Shown: positions 24,600-41,905, numbered from the stretch's first letter. The stretch is DNA of 64,000 bases from Macrostomum lignano (GCA_002269645.1 NIVC01000522.1:310001-374000), one strand, 5' to 3'. The notes: a model not told the origin generated them from the sequence alone. Made by a program: numbers and translations.

Positions 24600-27500
24600 C
24601 TCTTTTTTAGACAGCGCAGTAATCAGCTTCTCAGCTAGTGCAATAATCCTTGGTTTATTAATAGCAATAATCCTTGATTAATCAAGTGCAATAATCCTTG
24701 GTTTATCAAGTGCAATAATCCTTGGTTTATCAAGTGCAGTAATCTTTGGCTTATAAAGTGCAATAATCCTTGGTTTATCAAGTGCAATAATCCTTTGTTT
24801 ATCAAGTGCAATAATCCTTGGTTTATCAAGTGCAATAATCCTTGGTTTATTAAGTGCAATAATCCTTGGTTTATTAAGTGCAATAATCCTTGGTTTATCT
24901 AGCGCAGTAATCCTTGGCTTATCAGGTGCAATAATCCTTGGTTTATCAAGTGCAATATTTGTTTATCAAGTGCAATAATCCTTGGTTTATCAAGTGAAAT
25001 AATCCTTGGTTTATCAAGTGCAATAATCCTTGGCTTATCAACTGCAATAATCCTTGGTTTATCAAGCGCAGTAATCTTTGGCCTATCAAGTGCAATAATC
25101 CTTGGTTTATCAAGTGCAGTAATCCTTGGCCTATCAAGTGCAATAATCCTTGGTTTATCAAGTGCAATAATCCTTGGTTTATCAAGTGTAATAATCCTTG
25201 GTTTATCAAGTGTAATAATCCTTGGTTTATCAAGTGCAATAATCCTTGGTTTATCAAGTGCAATAATCCTTGGTTTATCAAGCGCAGTAATCCTTGGCCT
25301 ATCAAGTGCAATATTCCTTGGCTTATCAAGTGCAATAATCCTTGGTTTATCAAGTGCAATAATCCTTGGTTTATCAAGTGCAGTAATCCTTGGCCTATCA
25401 AGTGCAATAATCCTTGGTTTGCCAAGAGCAATAATCCTTAGTTTATTGAGTGCAGTAATCCTTAGTTTTCCAAGTGCAGTAATCCTTGGTTTATTAAGAG
25501 CAATAATCCTTGGCTTATCGAGTGCAGTAATCCTTGGTTTGCCAAGAGCAATAATCCTTGGTTTATCAAGTGCAATAATCCTTGGTTTATCAAGTGCAAT
25601 AATCCTTGGTTTATCAAGTGCAATAATCCTTGGTTTATCAGATGCAATAATCCTTGGCTTATCAACTGCAATAATCCTTGGTTTATCAAGTGCAATAATC
25701 CTTGGCTTATCAAGTGCAATAATCCTTGGTTTATCAAGTGCAATAATCCTTGGTTTATCAAGTGCAGTAATCTTTGGCCTATCAAGTGCAATAATCCTTT
25801 GTTTATCAAGTGCAATAATCCTTGGTTTATCAAGTGCAATAATCTTTGGTTTATCAGATGCAATAATCCTTGGCTTATCAACTGCAATAATCATTGGTTT
25901 ATCAAGTGCAATAATCCTTGGCTTATCAAGTGCAATAATCCTTGGTTTATCAAGTGCAATAATCCTTGGTTTATCAAGCGCAGTAATTTTTGGCCTATCA
26001 AGTGCAATAATCCTTGGTTTATCAAGTGCAGTAATCCTTGGCCTATCAAGTGCAATAATCCTTGGTTTATCAAGTGCAATAGTCTTTGGTTTATCGAGTG
26101 CAGTAATCCTTAGTTTTCCAAGTGCAGTAATCCTTGGTTTATTAAGAGCAATAATCCTTGGTTTATCGAGTGGAGTAGTCCTTGGTTTATTAATATCAAT
26201 AATCCTTGAATAATCCAGTGCATTAATCCTTGGCTTATCAAGTGCAACATTCTTTACTATCAAGTGCAATAATCCATGGCTTATCAAGTGCAATAATCCT
26301 TGGCTTATCAAGTGCAATAATCCTTGGTTTATCAAGTGCAATAATCCTTTGTTTATCAAGTGCAATAATCCTTTGTTTATCAAGTGCAATAATCCTTTGT
26401 TTATCAAGTGCAATAATCCTTGGTTTATCAAGCGCAGTAATCCTTGGCTTATCAAGTGCAATAATCCTTGGTTTATCAAGTGCAATAATCCTTGGTTTAT
26501 CAAGCGCAGTAATCTTTGGCCTATCAAGTGCAATAATCCTTGGTTTATCAAGTGCAGTAATCCTTGGCCTATCAAGTGCAATATTCCTTGGTTTATCAAG
26601 TGCAATAGTCCTTGGTTTATCGAGTGCAGTAATCCTTGGTTTTCCAAGTGCAATAATCCTTGGCTTCTTGAGTGCAGTAATCCTTGGTTTGCCAAAAGCA
26701 ATAGTCCTTGGTTTATCGAGTGCAGTAATCCTTGGTTTTCCAAGTGCAGTAATCCTTGGTTTATTAATAGCAATAATCCTTGGCTTCTTGAGTGCAGTAA
26801 TCCTTGGTTTGCCAAGAGCAATAGTCCTTGGTTTATCGAGTGCAGTAATCCTTGGTTTTCCAAGTGCAATAATCCTTGGCTTCTTGAGTGTCCTTGGTTT
26901 ATCAAGTGCAATAATCCTTGGTTTATCAAGTGTAATAATCCTTGGTTTATCAAGTGTAATAATCCTTGGTTTATCAAGTGCAATAATCCTTGGTTTATCA
27001 AGTGCAATAATCCTTGGTTTATCAAGCGCAGTAATCCTTGGCCTATCAAGTGCAATATTCCTTGGCTTATCAAGTGCAATAATCCTTGGTTTATCAAGTG
27101 CAATAATCCTTGGTTTATCAAGTGCAGTAATCCTTGGCCTATCAAGTGCAATAATCCTTGGTTTGCCAAGAGCAATAATCCTTAGTTTATTGAGTGCAGT
27201 AATCCTTAGTTTTCCAAGTGCAGTAATCCTTGGTTTATTAAGAGCAATAATCCTTGGCTTATCGAGTGCAGTAATCCTTGGTTTGCCAAGAGCAATAATC
27301 CTTGGTTTATCAAGTGCAATAATCCTTGGTTTATCAAGTGCAATAATCCTTGGTTTATCAAGTGCAATAATCCTTGGTTTATCAGATGCAATAATCCTTG
27401 GCTTATCAACTGCAATAATCCTTGGTTTATCAAGTGCAATAATCCTTGGCTTATCAAGTGCAATAATCCTTGGTTTATCAAGTGCAATAATCCTTGGTTT

Positions 27501-30500
27501 ATCAAGTGCAGTAATCTTTGGCCTATCAAGTGCAATAATCCTTTGTTTATCAAGTGCAATAATCCTTGGTTTATCAAGTGCAATAATCTTTGGTTTATCA
27601 GATGCAATAATCCTTGGCTTATCAACTGCAATAATCATTGGTTTATCAAGTGCAATAATCCTTGGCTTATCAAGTGCAATAATCCTTGGTTTATCAAGTG
27701 CAATAATCCTTGGTTTATCAAGCGCAGTAATTTTTGGCCTATCAAGTGCAATAATCCTTGGTTTATCAAGTGCAGTAATCCTTGGCCTATCAAGTGCAAT
27801 AATCCTTGGTTTATCAAGTGCAATAGTCTTTGGTTTATCGAGTGCAGTAATCCTTAGTTTTCCAAGTGCAGTAATCCTTGGTTTATTAAGAGCAATAATC
27901 CTTGGTTTATCGAGTGGAGTAGTCCTTGGTTTATTAATATCAATAATCCTTGAATAATCCAGTGCATTAATCCTTGGCTTATCAAGTGCAACATTCTTTA
28001 CTATCAAGTGCAATAATCCATGGCTTATCAAGTGCAATAATCCTTGGCTTATCAAGTGCAATAATCCTTGGTTTATCAAGTGCAATAATCCTTTGTTTAT
28101 CAAGTGCAATAATCCTTTGTTTATCAAGTGCAATAATCCTTTGTTTATCAAGTGCAATAATCCTTGGTTTATCAAGCGCAGTAATCCTTGGCTTATCAAG
28201 TGCAATAATCCTTGGTTTATCAAGTGCAATAATCCTTGGTTTATCAAGCGCAGTAATCTTTGGCCTATCAAGTGCAATAATCCTTGGTTTATCAAGTGCA
28301 GTAATCCTTGGCCTATCAAGTGCAATATTCCTTGGTTTATCAAGTGCAATAGTCCTTGGTTTATCGAGTGCAGTAATCCTTGGTTTTCCAAGTGCAATAA
28401 TCCTTGGCTTCTTGAGTGCAGTAATCCTTGGTTTGCCAAAAGCAATAGTCCTTGGTTTATCGAGTGCAGTAATCCTTGGTTTTCCAAGTGCAGTAATCCT
28501 TGGTTTATTAATAGCAATAATCCTTGGCTTCTTGAGTGCAGTAATCCTTGGTTTGCCAAGAGCAATAGTCCTTGGTTTATCGAGTGCAGTAATCCTTGGT
28601 TTTCCAAGTGCAATAATCCTTGGCTTCTTGAGTGTCCTTGGTTTATCAAGTGCAATAATCCTTGGTTTATCAAGTGTAATAATCCTTGGTTTATCAAGTG
28701 TAATAATCCTTGGTTTATCAAGTGCAATAATCCTTGGTTTATCAAGTGCAATAATCCTTGGTTTATCAAGCGCAGTAATCCTTGGCCTATCAAGTGCAAT
28801 ATTCCTTGGCTTATCAAGTGCAATAATCCTTGGTTTATCAAGTGCAATAATCCTTGGTTTATCAAGTGCAGTAATCCTTGGCCTATCAAGTGCAATAATC
28901 CTTGGTTTGCCAAGAGCAATAATCCTTAGTTTATTGAGTGCAGTAATCCTTAGTTTTCCAAGTGCAGTAATCCTTGGTTTATTAAGAGCAATAATCCTTG
29001 GCTTATCGAGTGCAGTAATCCTTGGTTTGCCAAGAGCAATAATCCTTGGTTTATCAAGTGCAATAATCCTTGGTTTATCAAGTGCAATAATCCTTGGTTT
29101 ATCAAGTGCAATAATCCTTGGTTTATCAGATGCAATAATCCTTGGCTTATCAACTGCAATAATCCTTGGTTTATCAAGTGCAATAATCCTTGGCTTATCA
29201 AGTGCAATAATCCTTGGTTTATCAAGTGCAATAATCCTTGGTTTATCAAGTGCAGTAATCTTTGGCCTATCAAGTGCAATAATCCTTTGTTTATCAAGTG
29301 CAATAATCCTTGGTTTATCAAGTGCAATAATCTTTGGTTTATCAGATGCAATAATCCTTGGCTTATCAACTGCAATAATCATTGGTTTATCAAGTGCAAT
29401 AATCCTTGGCTTATCAAGTGCAATAATCCTTGGTTTATCAAGTGCAATAATCCTTGGTTTATCAAGCGCAGTAATTTTTGGCCTATCAAGTGCAATAATC
29501 CTTGGTTTATCAAGTGCAGTAATCCTTGGCCTATCAAGTGCAATAATCCTTGGTTTATCAAGTGCAATAGTCTTTGGTTTATCGAGTGCAGTAATCCTTA
29601 GTTTTCCAAGTGCAGTAATCCTTGGTTTATTAAGAGCAATAATCCTTGGTTTATCGAGTGGAGTAGTCCTTGGTTTATTAATATCAATAATCCTTGAATA
29701 ATCCAGTGCATTAATCCTTGGCTTATCAAGTGCAACATTCTTTACTATCAAGTGCAATAATCCATGGCTTATCAAGTGCAATAATCCTTGGCTTATCAAG
29801 TGCAATAATCCTTGGTTTATCAAGTGCAATAATCCTTTGTTTATCAAGTGCAATAATCCTTTGTTTATCAAGTGCAATAATCCTTTGTTTATCAAGTGCA
29901 ATAATCCTTGGTTTATCAAGCGCAGTAATCCTTGGCTTATCAAGTGCAATAATCCTTGGTTTATCAAGTGCAATAATCCTTGGTTTATCAAGCGCAGTAA
30001 TCTTTGGCCTATCAAGTGCAATAATCCTTGGTTTATCAAGTGCAGTAATCCTTGGCCTATCAAGTGCAATAATCCTTGGTTTATCAAGTGCAATAGTCCT
30101 TGGTTTATCGAGTGCAGTAATCCTTGGTTTTCCAAGTGCAATAATCCTTGGCTTCTTGAGTGCAGTAATCCTTGGTTTGCCAAAAGCAATAGTCCTTGGT
30201 TTATCGAGTGCAGTAATCCTTGGTTTTCCAAGTGCAGTAATCCTTGGTTTATTAATAGCAATAATCCTTGGCTTCTTGAGTGCAGTAATCCTTGGTTTGC
30301 CAAGAGCAATAGTCCTTGGTTTATCGAGTGCAGTAATCCTTGGTTTTCCAAGTGCAATAATCCTTGGCTTCTTGAGTGTCCTTGGTTTATCAAGTGCAAT
30401 AATCCTTGGTTTATCAAGTGTAATAATCCTTGGTTTATCAAGTGTAATAATCCTTGGTTTATCAAGTGCAATAATCCTTGGTTTATCAAGTGCAATAATC

Positions 30501-32345
30501 CTTGGTTTATCAAGCGCAGTAATCCTTGGCCTATCAAGTGCAATATTCCTTGGCTTATCAAGTGCAATAATCCTTGGTTTATCAAGTGCAATAATCCTTG
30601 GTTTATCAAGTGCAGTAATCCTTGGCCTATCAAGTGCAATAATCCTTGGTTTGCCAAGAGCAATAATCCTTAGTTTATTGAGTGCAGTAATCCTTAGTTT
30701 TCCAAGTGCAGTAATCCTTGGTTTATTAAGAGCAATAATCCTTGGCTTATCGAGTGCAGTAATCCTTGGTTTGCCAAGAGCAATAATCCTTGGTTTATCA
30801 AGTGCAATAATCCTTGGTTTATCAAGTGCAATAATCCTTGGTTTATCAAGTGCAATAATCCTTGGTTTATCAGATGCAATAATCCTTGGCTTATCAACTG
30901 CAATAATCCTTGGTTTATCAAGTGCAATAATCCTTGGCTTATCAAGTGCAATAATCCTTGGTTTATCAAGTGCAATAATCCTTGGTTTATCAAGTGCAGT
31001 AATCTTTGGCCTATCAAGTGCAATAATCCTTTGTTTATCAAGTGCAATAATCCTTGGTTTATCAAGTGCAATAATCTTTGGTTTATCAGATGCAATAATC
31101 CTTGGCTTATCAACTGCAATAATCATTGGTTTATCAAGTGCAATAATCCTTGGCTTATCAAGTGCAATAATCCTTGGTTTATCAAGTGCAATAATCCTTG
31201 GTTTATCAAGCGCAGTAATTTTTGGCCTATCAAGTGCAATAATCCTTGGTTTATCAAGTGCAGTAATCCTTGGCCTATCAAGTGCAATAATCCTTGGTTT
31301 ATCAAGTGCAATAGTCTTTGGTTTATCGAGTGCAGTAATCCTTAGTTTTCCAAGTGCAGTAATCCTTGGTTTATTAAGAGCAATAATCCTTGGTTTATCG
31401 AGTGGAGTAGTCCTTGGTTTATTAATATCAATAATCCTTGAATAATCCAGTGCATTAATCCTTGGCTTATCAAGTGCAACATTCTTTACTATCAAGTGCA
31501 ATAATCCATGGCTTATCAAGTGCAATAATCCTTGGCTTATCAAGTGCAATAATCCTTGGTTTATCAAGTGCAATAATCCTTTGTTTATCAAGTGCAATAA
31601 TCCTTTGTTTATCAAGTGCAATAATCCTTTGTTTATCAAGTGCAATAATCCTTGGTTTATCAAGCGCAGTAATCCTTGGCTTATCAAGTGCAATAATCCT
31701 TGGTTTATCAAGTGCAATAATCCTTGGTTTATCAAGCGCAGTAATCTTTGGCCTATCAAGTGCAATAATCCTTGGTTTATCAAGTGCAGTAATCCTTGGC
31801 CTATCAAGTGCAATAATCCTTGGTTTATCAAGTGCAATAGTCCTTGGTTTATCGAGTGCAGTAATCCTTGGTTTTCCAAGTGCAATAATCCTTGGCTTCT
31901 TGAGTGCAGTAATCCTTGGTTTGCCAAAAGCAATAGTCCTTGGTTTATCGAGTGCAGTAATCCTTGGTTTTCCAAGTGCAGTAATCCTTGGTTTATTAAT
32001 AGCAATAATCCTTGGCTTCTTGAGTGCAGTAATCCTTGGTTTGCCAAGAGCAATAGTCCTTGGTTTATCGAGTGCAGTAATCCTTGGTTTTCCAAGTGCA
32101 ATAATCCTTGGCTTCTTGAGTGCAGTAATCCTTGGTTTGCCAAGAGCAATAGTCCTTGGTTTATCGAGTGCAGTAATCCTTGGTTTTCCAAGTGCAGTAA
32201 TCCTTGGTTTATTAATAGCAATAATCCTTGGCTTCTTGAGTGCAGTAATCCTTGGTTTGCCAAGAGCAATAGTCCTTGGTTTATCGAGTGCAGTAGTCCT
32301 TGGTTTATTAATAGCAATAATCCTTGGCTTATCAAGTGCAGTAAT
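24600..32345. repeat. 24-bp minisatellite AGTGCAATAATCCTTGGTTTATCA with 1744-bp higher-order repeat
   Basis: Identical ORF starts at 26230, 27974, 29718, 31462 (spacing 1744 = 72x24+16, including one truncated unit). Confidence 0.97.
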
Positions 32346-32409
32346 CTAAGTGTTTTTATTTAGTCCTTTAATAAAACCTTTTAATAAAAAAATTTACACT
32401 ACTACTTTT

Positions 32410-32482
32410 AAACTACTTAGATTCGAACCTAGGTCGCTGCATTAGCAGTCTGGTCTGTTCAGCTCTAGGCTAGCTCTCATCG
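32410..32482 (-). mobile_element. Degenerate tRNA-derived (SINE head) fragment
   Basis: Minus strand TAGCCTAGAGCTG...AGACTGCTAATGC...GGTTCGAATC: A- and B-box-like, with a Ser(GCT)-like loop but no intact cloverleaf. Confidence 0.35.
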
Positions 32483-33039
32483 AAGTTATCAGTGATATTG
32501 TACCACTTATATAATTCAACACTCACACCAAGTCAGGTAGAGTAAAAAGTCTCACGAAGCAGTTATGACATAATCAATTTCTTAGGCAAGTCAGTACCAG
32601 TGTCTATGAAAGTTTACAATATGGTTACGTAATATAAATTCAGTACTGCGCTATGCTTTCACACTCAAAGCTGTGACGCAATTCAATTGAGTGTCAAATT
32701 CAGCCAGTACACAGACGATAAATAAAGTGTATTGTGATGCAATCTATTTCAGAATCAGAATTCAACCAGTCAGTTTTTCTGCTAGCATTCTTACGATGCA
32801 TTTCAAGTCGAAAGAGCTGCTTGACCTTTGCAAAAAAGCATGTTTTTCGAATATTTAATCCCTTTAGCATCAAGCAATTTCTTAGCCACGATGCATGTAC
32901 TGTCACGGGAAAATTTCTGATCGAACAGTGCAAGTTCGAAGAAAATCGGTTGAGCCGTTTTTGCTAAAATCGATCACACACACACACATACACACACACA
33001 CATACCGACAGACCATTTTTAGTATATGGATAATAATAT

Positions 33040-34760
33040 AACATCACTATGATCAATTATCAATATTAAAGGGGAGGGCTTGTAAAAGGTATTTCAATTC
33101 CAGCTGGATTTTAGATTTTTTAATTATATCATAGTATGATAATCAAAAATGATATGTTGTCTTCAAGCCATTTTAGTAAAAGCCATAGATGCACTCTATG
33201 CTAACTTACTCTTTGGCCAAACTATGCCATAGCCAATTCGGCCATGGCATAGTTTGAAACTCTGGCATTCTTTTTTTATGATCCTTACATTTGTCTTATA
33301 GAACATGACACTTTTGTTATACAATCATTTGAATGATTGTATAATAAAAGTGAATATAGAGATGTCTTTACTCTTGCCAAGAATCTTGTTGAGGCTTTGT
33401 TTGATGCCTCATTTTGGTTGAACTCCACTTCAAATAGACATCAATTGAAACTGCATATTTTACATGGGGATCGTATAATAAAAATGCCTAGGAATGGGGA
33501 TCATAAAACAAAATAATGTGGAAACACTCTACAAGAGCAAATATGAATATTATTGTTGAGCGCTAGAAGCCAAAATATTCAATATTATTGACTGTAAGAA
33601 TATAAAAAGTATGAATGTTTACACTTATATAGGCTAGTATTAGTATATCTAGTCCCAATCCTAATTTAAATATATGATATATACTAGAAAATTCCATTAT
33701 ATAAGCATTTTTGAGACTGAAATATTAGTAAAAACTATAGTGTGGCATATAAAATGCCTACTTTATTTATTAATAACTTGTCTTTTTTATCATTGAATAT
33801 GTTATACTTGCCATAAATATAAAATAATAAGTATAAGTATAAGTATATATTTATGTTTGTGCTCTACTCCCAAATCTTATATATATGCCAGAAAATTCTA
33901 GCATATAATGTAATATACAAAAAATGGTCAGCATAAAATATACAGCATACAGAACAATATATAAAAATTTTTCCATAGAGCCAGTGTATGGTGTAGCTGT
34001 TGGTGTACAAAAGACCAAATGTTGTAATGCTAGAAAGGGTCTTGTATTGCTGCAATACAAAAAAGGTCCTTGATTGTCATAAGACTTTGACAATGTCCAA
34101 CAAATATATCACAGCATGTATTGAGGTCCCTAGTATATATATAATGCATAGCTTTTTGTTCTAAATTGCTTGTAAATGACATGTATTTGTTAAGCAACCG
34201 TGTGTTTTTTAATTTTTAATTCCTTTAAGGTTTTTTTATAAATTGACATCCTTATTGAAGGTTGCTTTTTGGTTAAGGGCTCATCTAAAAAATAATAATA
34301 TAAAAATAATTAATACTCTTTAATAATTATAGTCTATAATATCTATAATAATAATTAATAATTAGAACAATAGCAAAAACAAAAAATGCTTGAACTAAAT
34401 GTAGTTTTTATGGGTCTAGGCATATAAATAGCACATAGATAATCTCCCAAAAACCTCTAGACTATGCATTGCAGCAAGTACAATGCTCAAAGTGCCACCC
34501 TAGAAAATATGCCATGTTGCTAAGTAACTACTAGGATGGCCTCCTAGCATTTCAATATGGAAAATCATGACATTATTTGACAAAAATATATTGTTTTGCA
34601 TTGTATTTGTTGTTTGTTGTTAATTAGTCAATTTTCTAATGCCAAAAATGTCATTAAAATAATCCAAAATTAGGTTATGTAATAATAAAATTGCAATCCA
34701 TTAAATTCAGGTATTCTAGTAACTTTTACTTCCATCAATATGCTTGTTTAAGCATATTTT
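33040..34760. pseudogene. AT-rich, CpG-depleted decayed coding or mobile sequence of unknown family
   Basis: I count 4 CpG in about 1.7 kb. The + frame 33253-33513 has 87 codons with a single internal TGA. 17-bp hairpin stem at 33218-33256. Confidence 0.4.
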
Positions 34761-34815
34761 TCTTCATTTCGATACATATCGCCTTTAAAAACCGTTTGCA
34801 ATACCTGCAATGTAG

Positions 34816-38323
<3,508 letters not shown>

Positions 38324-38369
38324 GGTAATAATGACAACCGTGGTAATAGTATATTTGATCGTTTTTTCC

Positions 38370-38685
<316 letters not shown>

Positions 38686-39419
38686 ATCAGAGATTTGGGT
38701 ATCGAATTTTGTCTAATGGAGCTTTCCATCAGATTGTAAACCAATATTGTATACTTATTGTTATTATTATTAATATTACTAATATTATTATACTTATTTA
38801 TATGTTCTCAGTACTGCTTTGCTTCCTTGTTTCACAATAACTATACTTTAAAACCCATGATAAATCAAGTATTGAAACTTGTTTTTAATGCTGTTGTTAT
38901 AATCTTTAGCTTTGCTTTCTCTTGGTTAGTTAATTCGTTATCTTTTTGTGATATGCAGTTGTGAATAAGCTGGGTTGCAGTTGTAAATCAGCTGGGTTGC
39001 AGTTGATAATCAATTTGAATGAGAGTTGCAAATACGAGTATTGCCAGTGAAGACCGATGGTCAGCTTTGCTGCTTTTGAAATTCCCAGTGTAGTTGTTTA
39101 TGGCGAACTGAACTTTTGTGTTGAGTCAACCTGCTAGCTTGGAAGCTGCTGCCGTGCTGTTAATGATGTCGCTTCATTTGCGTCTTCCTCGTGTTTTCTT
39201 TAAAATGTCAAAACGGTTCTGACCTTTGGCTTTCGGTCTTTCAAAGTTCATCGTAATGATAGTTTTTAGGGACTCAAGTTGCTTTGAGCACTGATTTGGA
39301 GTATAATATTTATTGTAACTATTTCCATTGATTCATCAACCAATCCAACAAGTAGCGATTGATCGATTGGTAATTTAATTGTGGATTAATAAGTCAGTTG
39401 ATTGATTGTTGAGTTTATG

Positions 39420-40310
39420 TATTGATAAGTTTGTTAATCGATTGATAAGTTTGTTGATGGATTGATAAGTTTGTTGATGGATTGATAAATTTGTTGATGG
39501 ATTGATAAATTTGTTTGTGGATTGATAAGTTTGTTGATGGATTGATAAGTTTGTTGATGGATTGATAAGTTTGTTGATGGATTGATAAGTTTGTTGATGG
39601 ATTGATAAGTTTGTTGATGGATTGATAAGTTTGTTGATGGATTGATAAGTTTGTTGATGGATTGATAAGTTTGTTAATCGATTGATAAGTTTGTTGATGG
39701 ATTGATAAGTTTGTTGATGGATTGATAAGTTTGTTGATGGATTGATAAATTTGTTTGTGGATTGATAAGTTTGTTAATCGATTGATAAGTTTGTTGATGG
39801 ATTGATAAGTTTGTTGATGGATTGATAAGTTTGTTGATGGATTGATAAGTTTGTTGATGGATTGATAAGTTTGTTGATGGATTGATAAATTTGTTTGTGG
39901 ATTGATAAGTTTGTTTATGGATTGATAAGTTTGTTGATGGATTGATAAGTTTGTTGATGGATTGATAAGTTTGTTAATCGATTGATAAGTTTGTTGATGG
40001 ATTGATAAGTTTGTTGATGGATTGATAAATTTGTTTGTGGATTGATAAGTTTGTTGATGGATTGATAAGTTTGTTTATGGATTGATAAGTTTGTTGATGG
40101 ATTGATAAATTTGTTTGTGGATTGATAAGTTTGTTGATGGATTGATAAGTTTGTTGATGGATTGATAAGTTTGTTGATGGTTGATAACTTTCGATGGTTA
40201 GATAACTTTGTTGATGGATTGATAACTCAGTTGATTGATTAATCATTTTGTTGATGGATTGATAATTCAATTGTGGATTGATAAGTCACTTGATTGACTG
40301 AGAAGTTAGT
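39420..40310. repeat. 20-bp minisatellite ATTGATAAGTTTGTTGATGG
   Basis: Direct reading. Confidence 0.95.
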
Positions 40311-40824
40311 CGATGGATTAGTTTTTTTCACTATGAATCAATTCAATATTTGTTAAATTGTTTTCCATGTTACACTGACGCAGCGCTGACGATATTATAT
40401 CCTAGCAACTGGCCTGAACCCATTTAGCCAGCCATTTGATTTTCCCAAATTCGATCGACCAGTTATCTCATAAATATGTGCACGCCATTACCTGCTATTG
40501 ACGTCTTGTTAAACTTCGAATTTTATTCGCTTAACAAACAACAGTTATAAGTATTACCTTGCTTGTAATTTTTTATTTAAATTTTTTTTTACTAAAATCT
40601 ATGTCTGCAATTGCTTGTATAGCCAATGTATTAATCCTGGGTTTACCAGTTAAATATGCTAATAGCAGTTGATTATGCACAGTAAGATTTTTGTAAATTG
40701 TTGTTATTGTATAAATATAAACTTTTTCATCTGCTTTATCTATTTGCCATTGCCTCGTTTCACGTTCTGAACACTTATTATGCAATCTCGTTTAGATACC
40801 ATTGCATCTAAATTACTTGTAAAT

Positions 40825-41515
40825 AAGCTATTTTGCAGCTGTGAATCAGCTGGGTTGCAGCTGTGAATCAGCTAGGTTGCAGTTGTGAATCAGCTGGGTT
40901 GCAGTTGTGAATCAGCTATTTTGCAGTTGTGAATCAGCTGAGTTGCAGCTGTGAATCAGCTGGGTTGCAGTTGTGAACCAGCTGGGTTGCAGTTGTGAAT
41001 CAGCTGTTTTGCAGTTGTGAATCAGCTGAGTTGCAGCTGTGAATCAGCTGGGTTGCAGTTGTGAATCAGCTGGGTTGCAATTGTGAACCAGCTATTTTGC
41101 AGTTGTGAATCAGCTGAGTTGCAGCTGTGAATCAGCTATTTTGCAGTTGTGAATCAGCTGAGTTGCAGCTGTGAATCAGCTGGGTTGCAGTTGTGAATCA
41201 GCTGGGTTGCAGTTGTGAATCAGCTGGGTTGCAGTTGTGAATCAGCTGGGTTGCAGTTGTGAATCAGCTGGGTTGCAGTTGTGAATCAGCTGGGTTGCAG
41301 TTGTGAATCAGCTGGGTTGCAGCTGTGAATCAGCTGGATTGCAATTGTGAATCAGCTGGGTTGCAGCTGTGAATCAGCTGGGTTGCAGCTGTGAATCAGC
41401 TGGATTGCAATTGTGAATCAGCTGGGTTGCAGCTGTGAATCAGCTGGGTTGCAGCTGTGAATCAGCTGGGTTGCAGCTGTGAATCAGCTGGGTTGCAGCT
41501 GTGAATCATCTGGGT
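40825..41515. repeat. 22-bp minisatellite CAGCTGGGTTGCAGTTGTGAAT
   Basis: Direct reading; two to three further units at 38955-39005. Confidence 0.95.
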
Positions 41516-41905
41516 TGCATCTTCGTTCACTAAGACAATTGAAATCCCTTAACTTGCATCTTGTGTTTCTCAGGAACCTCGGCACAAAAAATTACTCATT
41601 TAATTTAAATTTCGCATTGGCAATTTCTTTCGAAAAATAAAATATCGCATTGTACTTTAGTGTAACAGTTGTCAAGAATGGCTGAACAAGAAGTGAGTCT
41701 ATGTGTATGAAAAATACTAGACTGAACTAATATTTAAGCCCTAATTAAAACATTTGTCTGCGTAGTCAATTCAAAGGATATGAAAATCTATAACCGTGTT
41801 ACTTCTAGTAGACCAGTTAAAATATTGTTTTATGATTGAAGGATTCTTTGTAGTCTCGCAGTTGCACTTAACCTCAGTTTAGTGCCGATGCAGAACCAAC
41901 TTTGT

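Larger units (their letters stand above)
23860..33030 (-). mobile_element. Putative non-autonomous Helitron-like element (Lep1/HINE-type termini) enclosing a large minisatellite
   Basis: On the minus strand it begins A|TC at 33031/33030, with an adjacent (CA)n tract and an AAATCGGTTGAGCCGTTT motif. It ends with a CCCC-GAA-GGGG hairpin followed by CTAG|T at 23863-23859. The two ends could belong to different copies. Confidence 0.45.

Noticed and set aside
24635-32363. Very long ORFs (575-893 aa) on both strands
   Set aside because: They arise from a 24-bp unit lacking stops in several frames; no domain, splice or codon evidence for translation.
34691-34815. MQSIKFR.. as the SHP2 N-terminus
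   Set aside because: It starts at TTG with no in-frame ATG before the upstream TAA; AT-rich and intron-like with a good acceptor at 34815. The true first exon (or trans-spliced leader) was not found.
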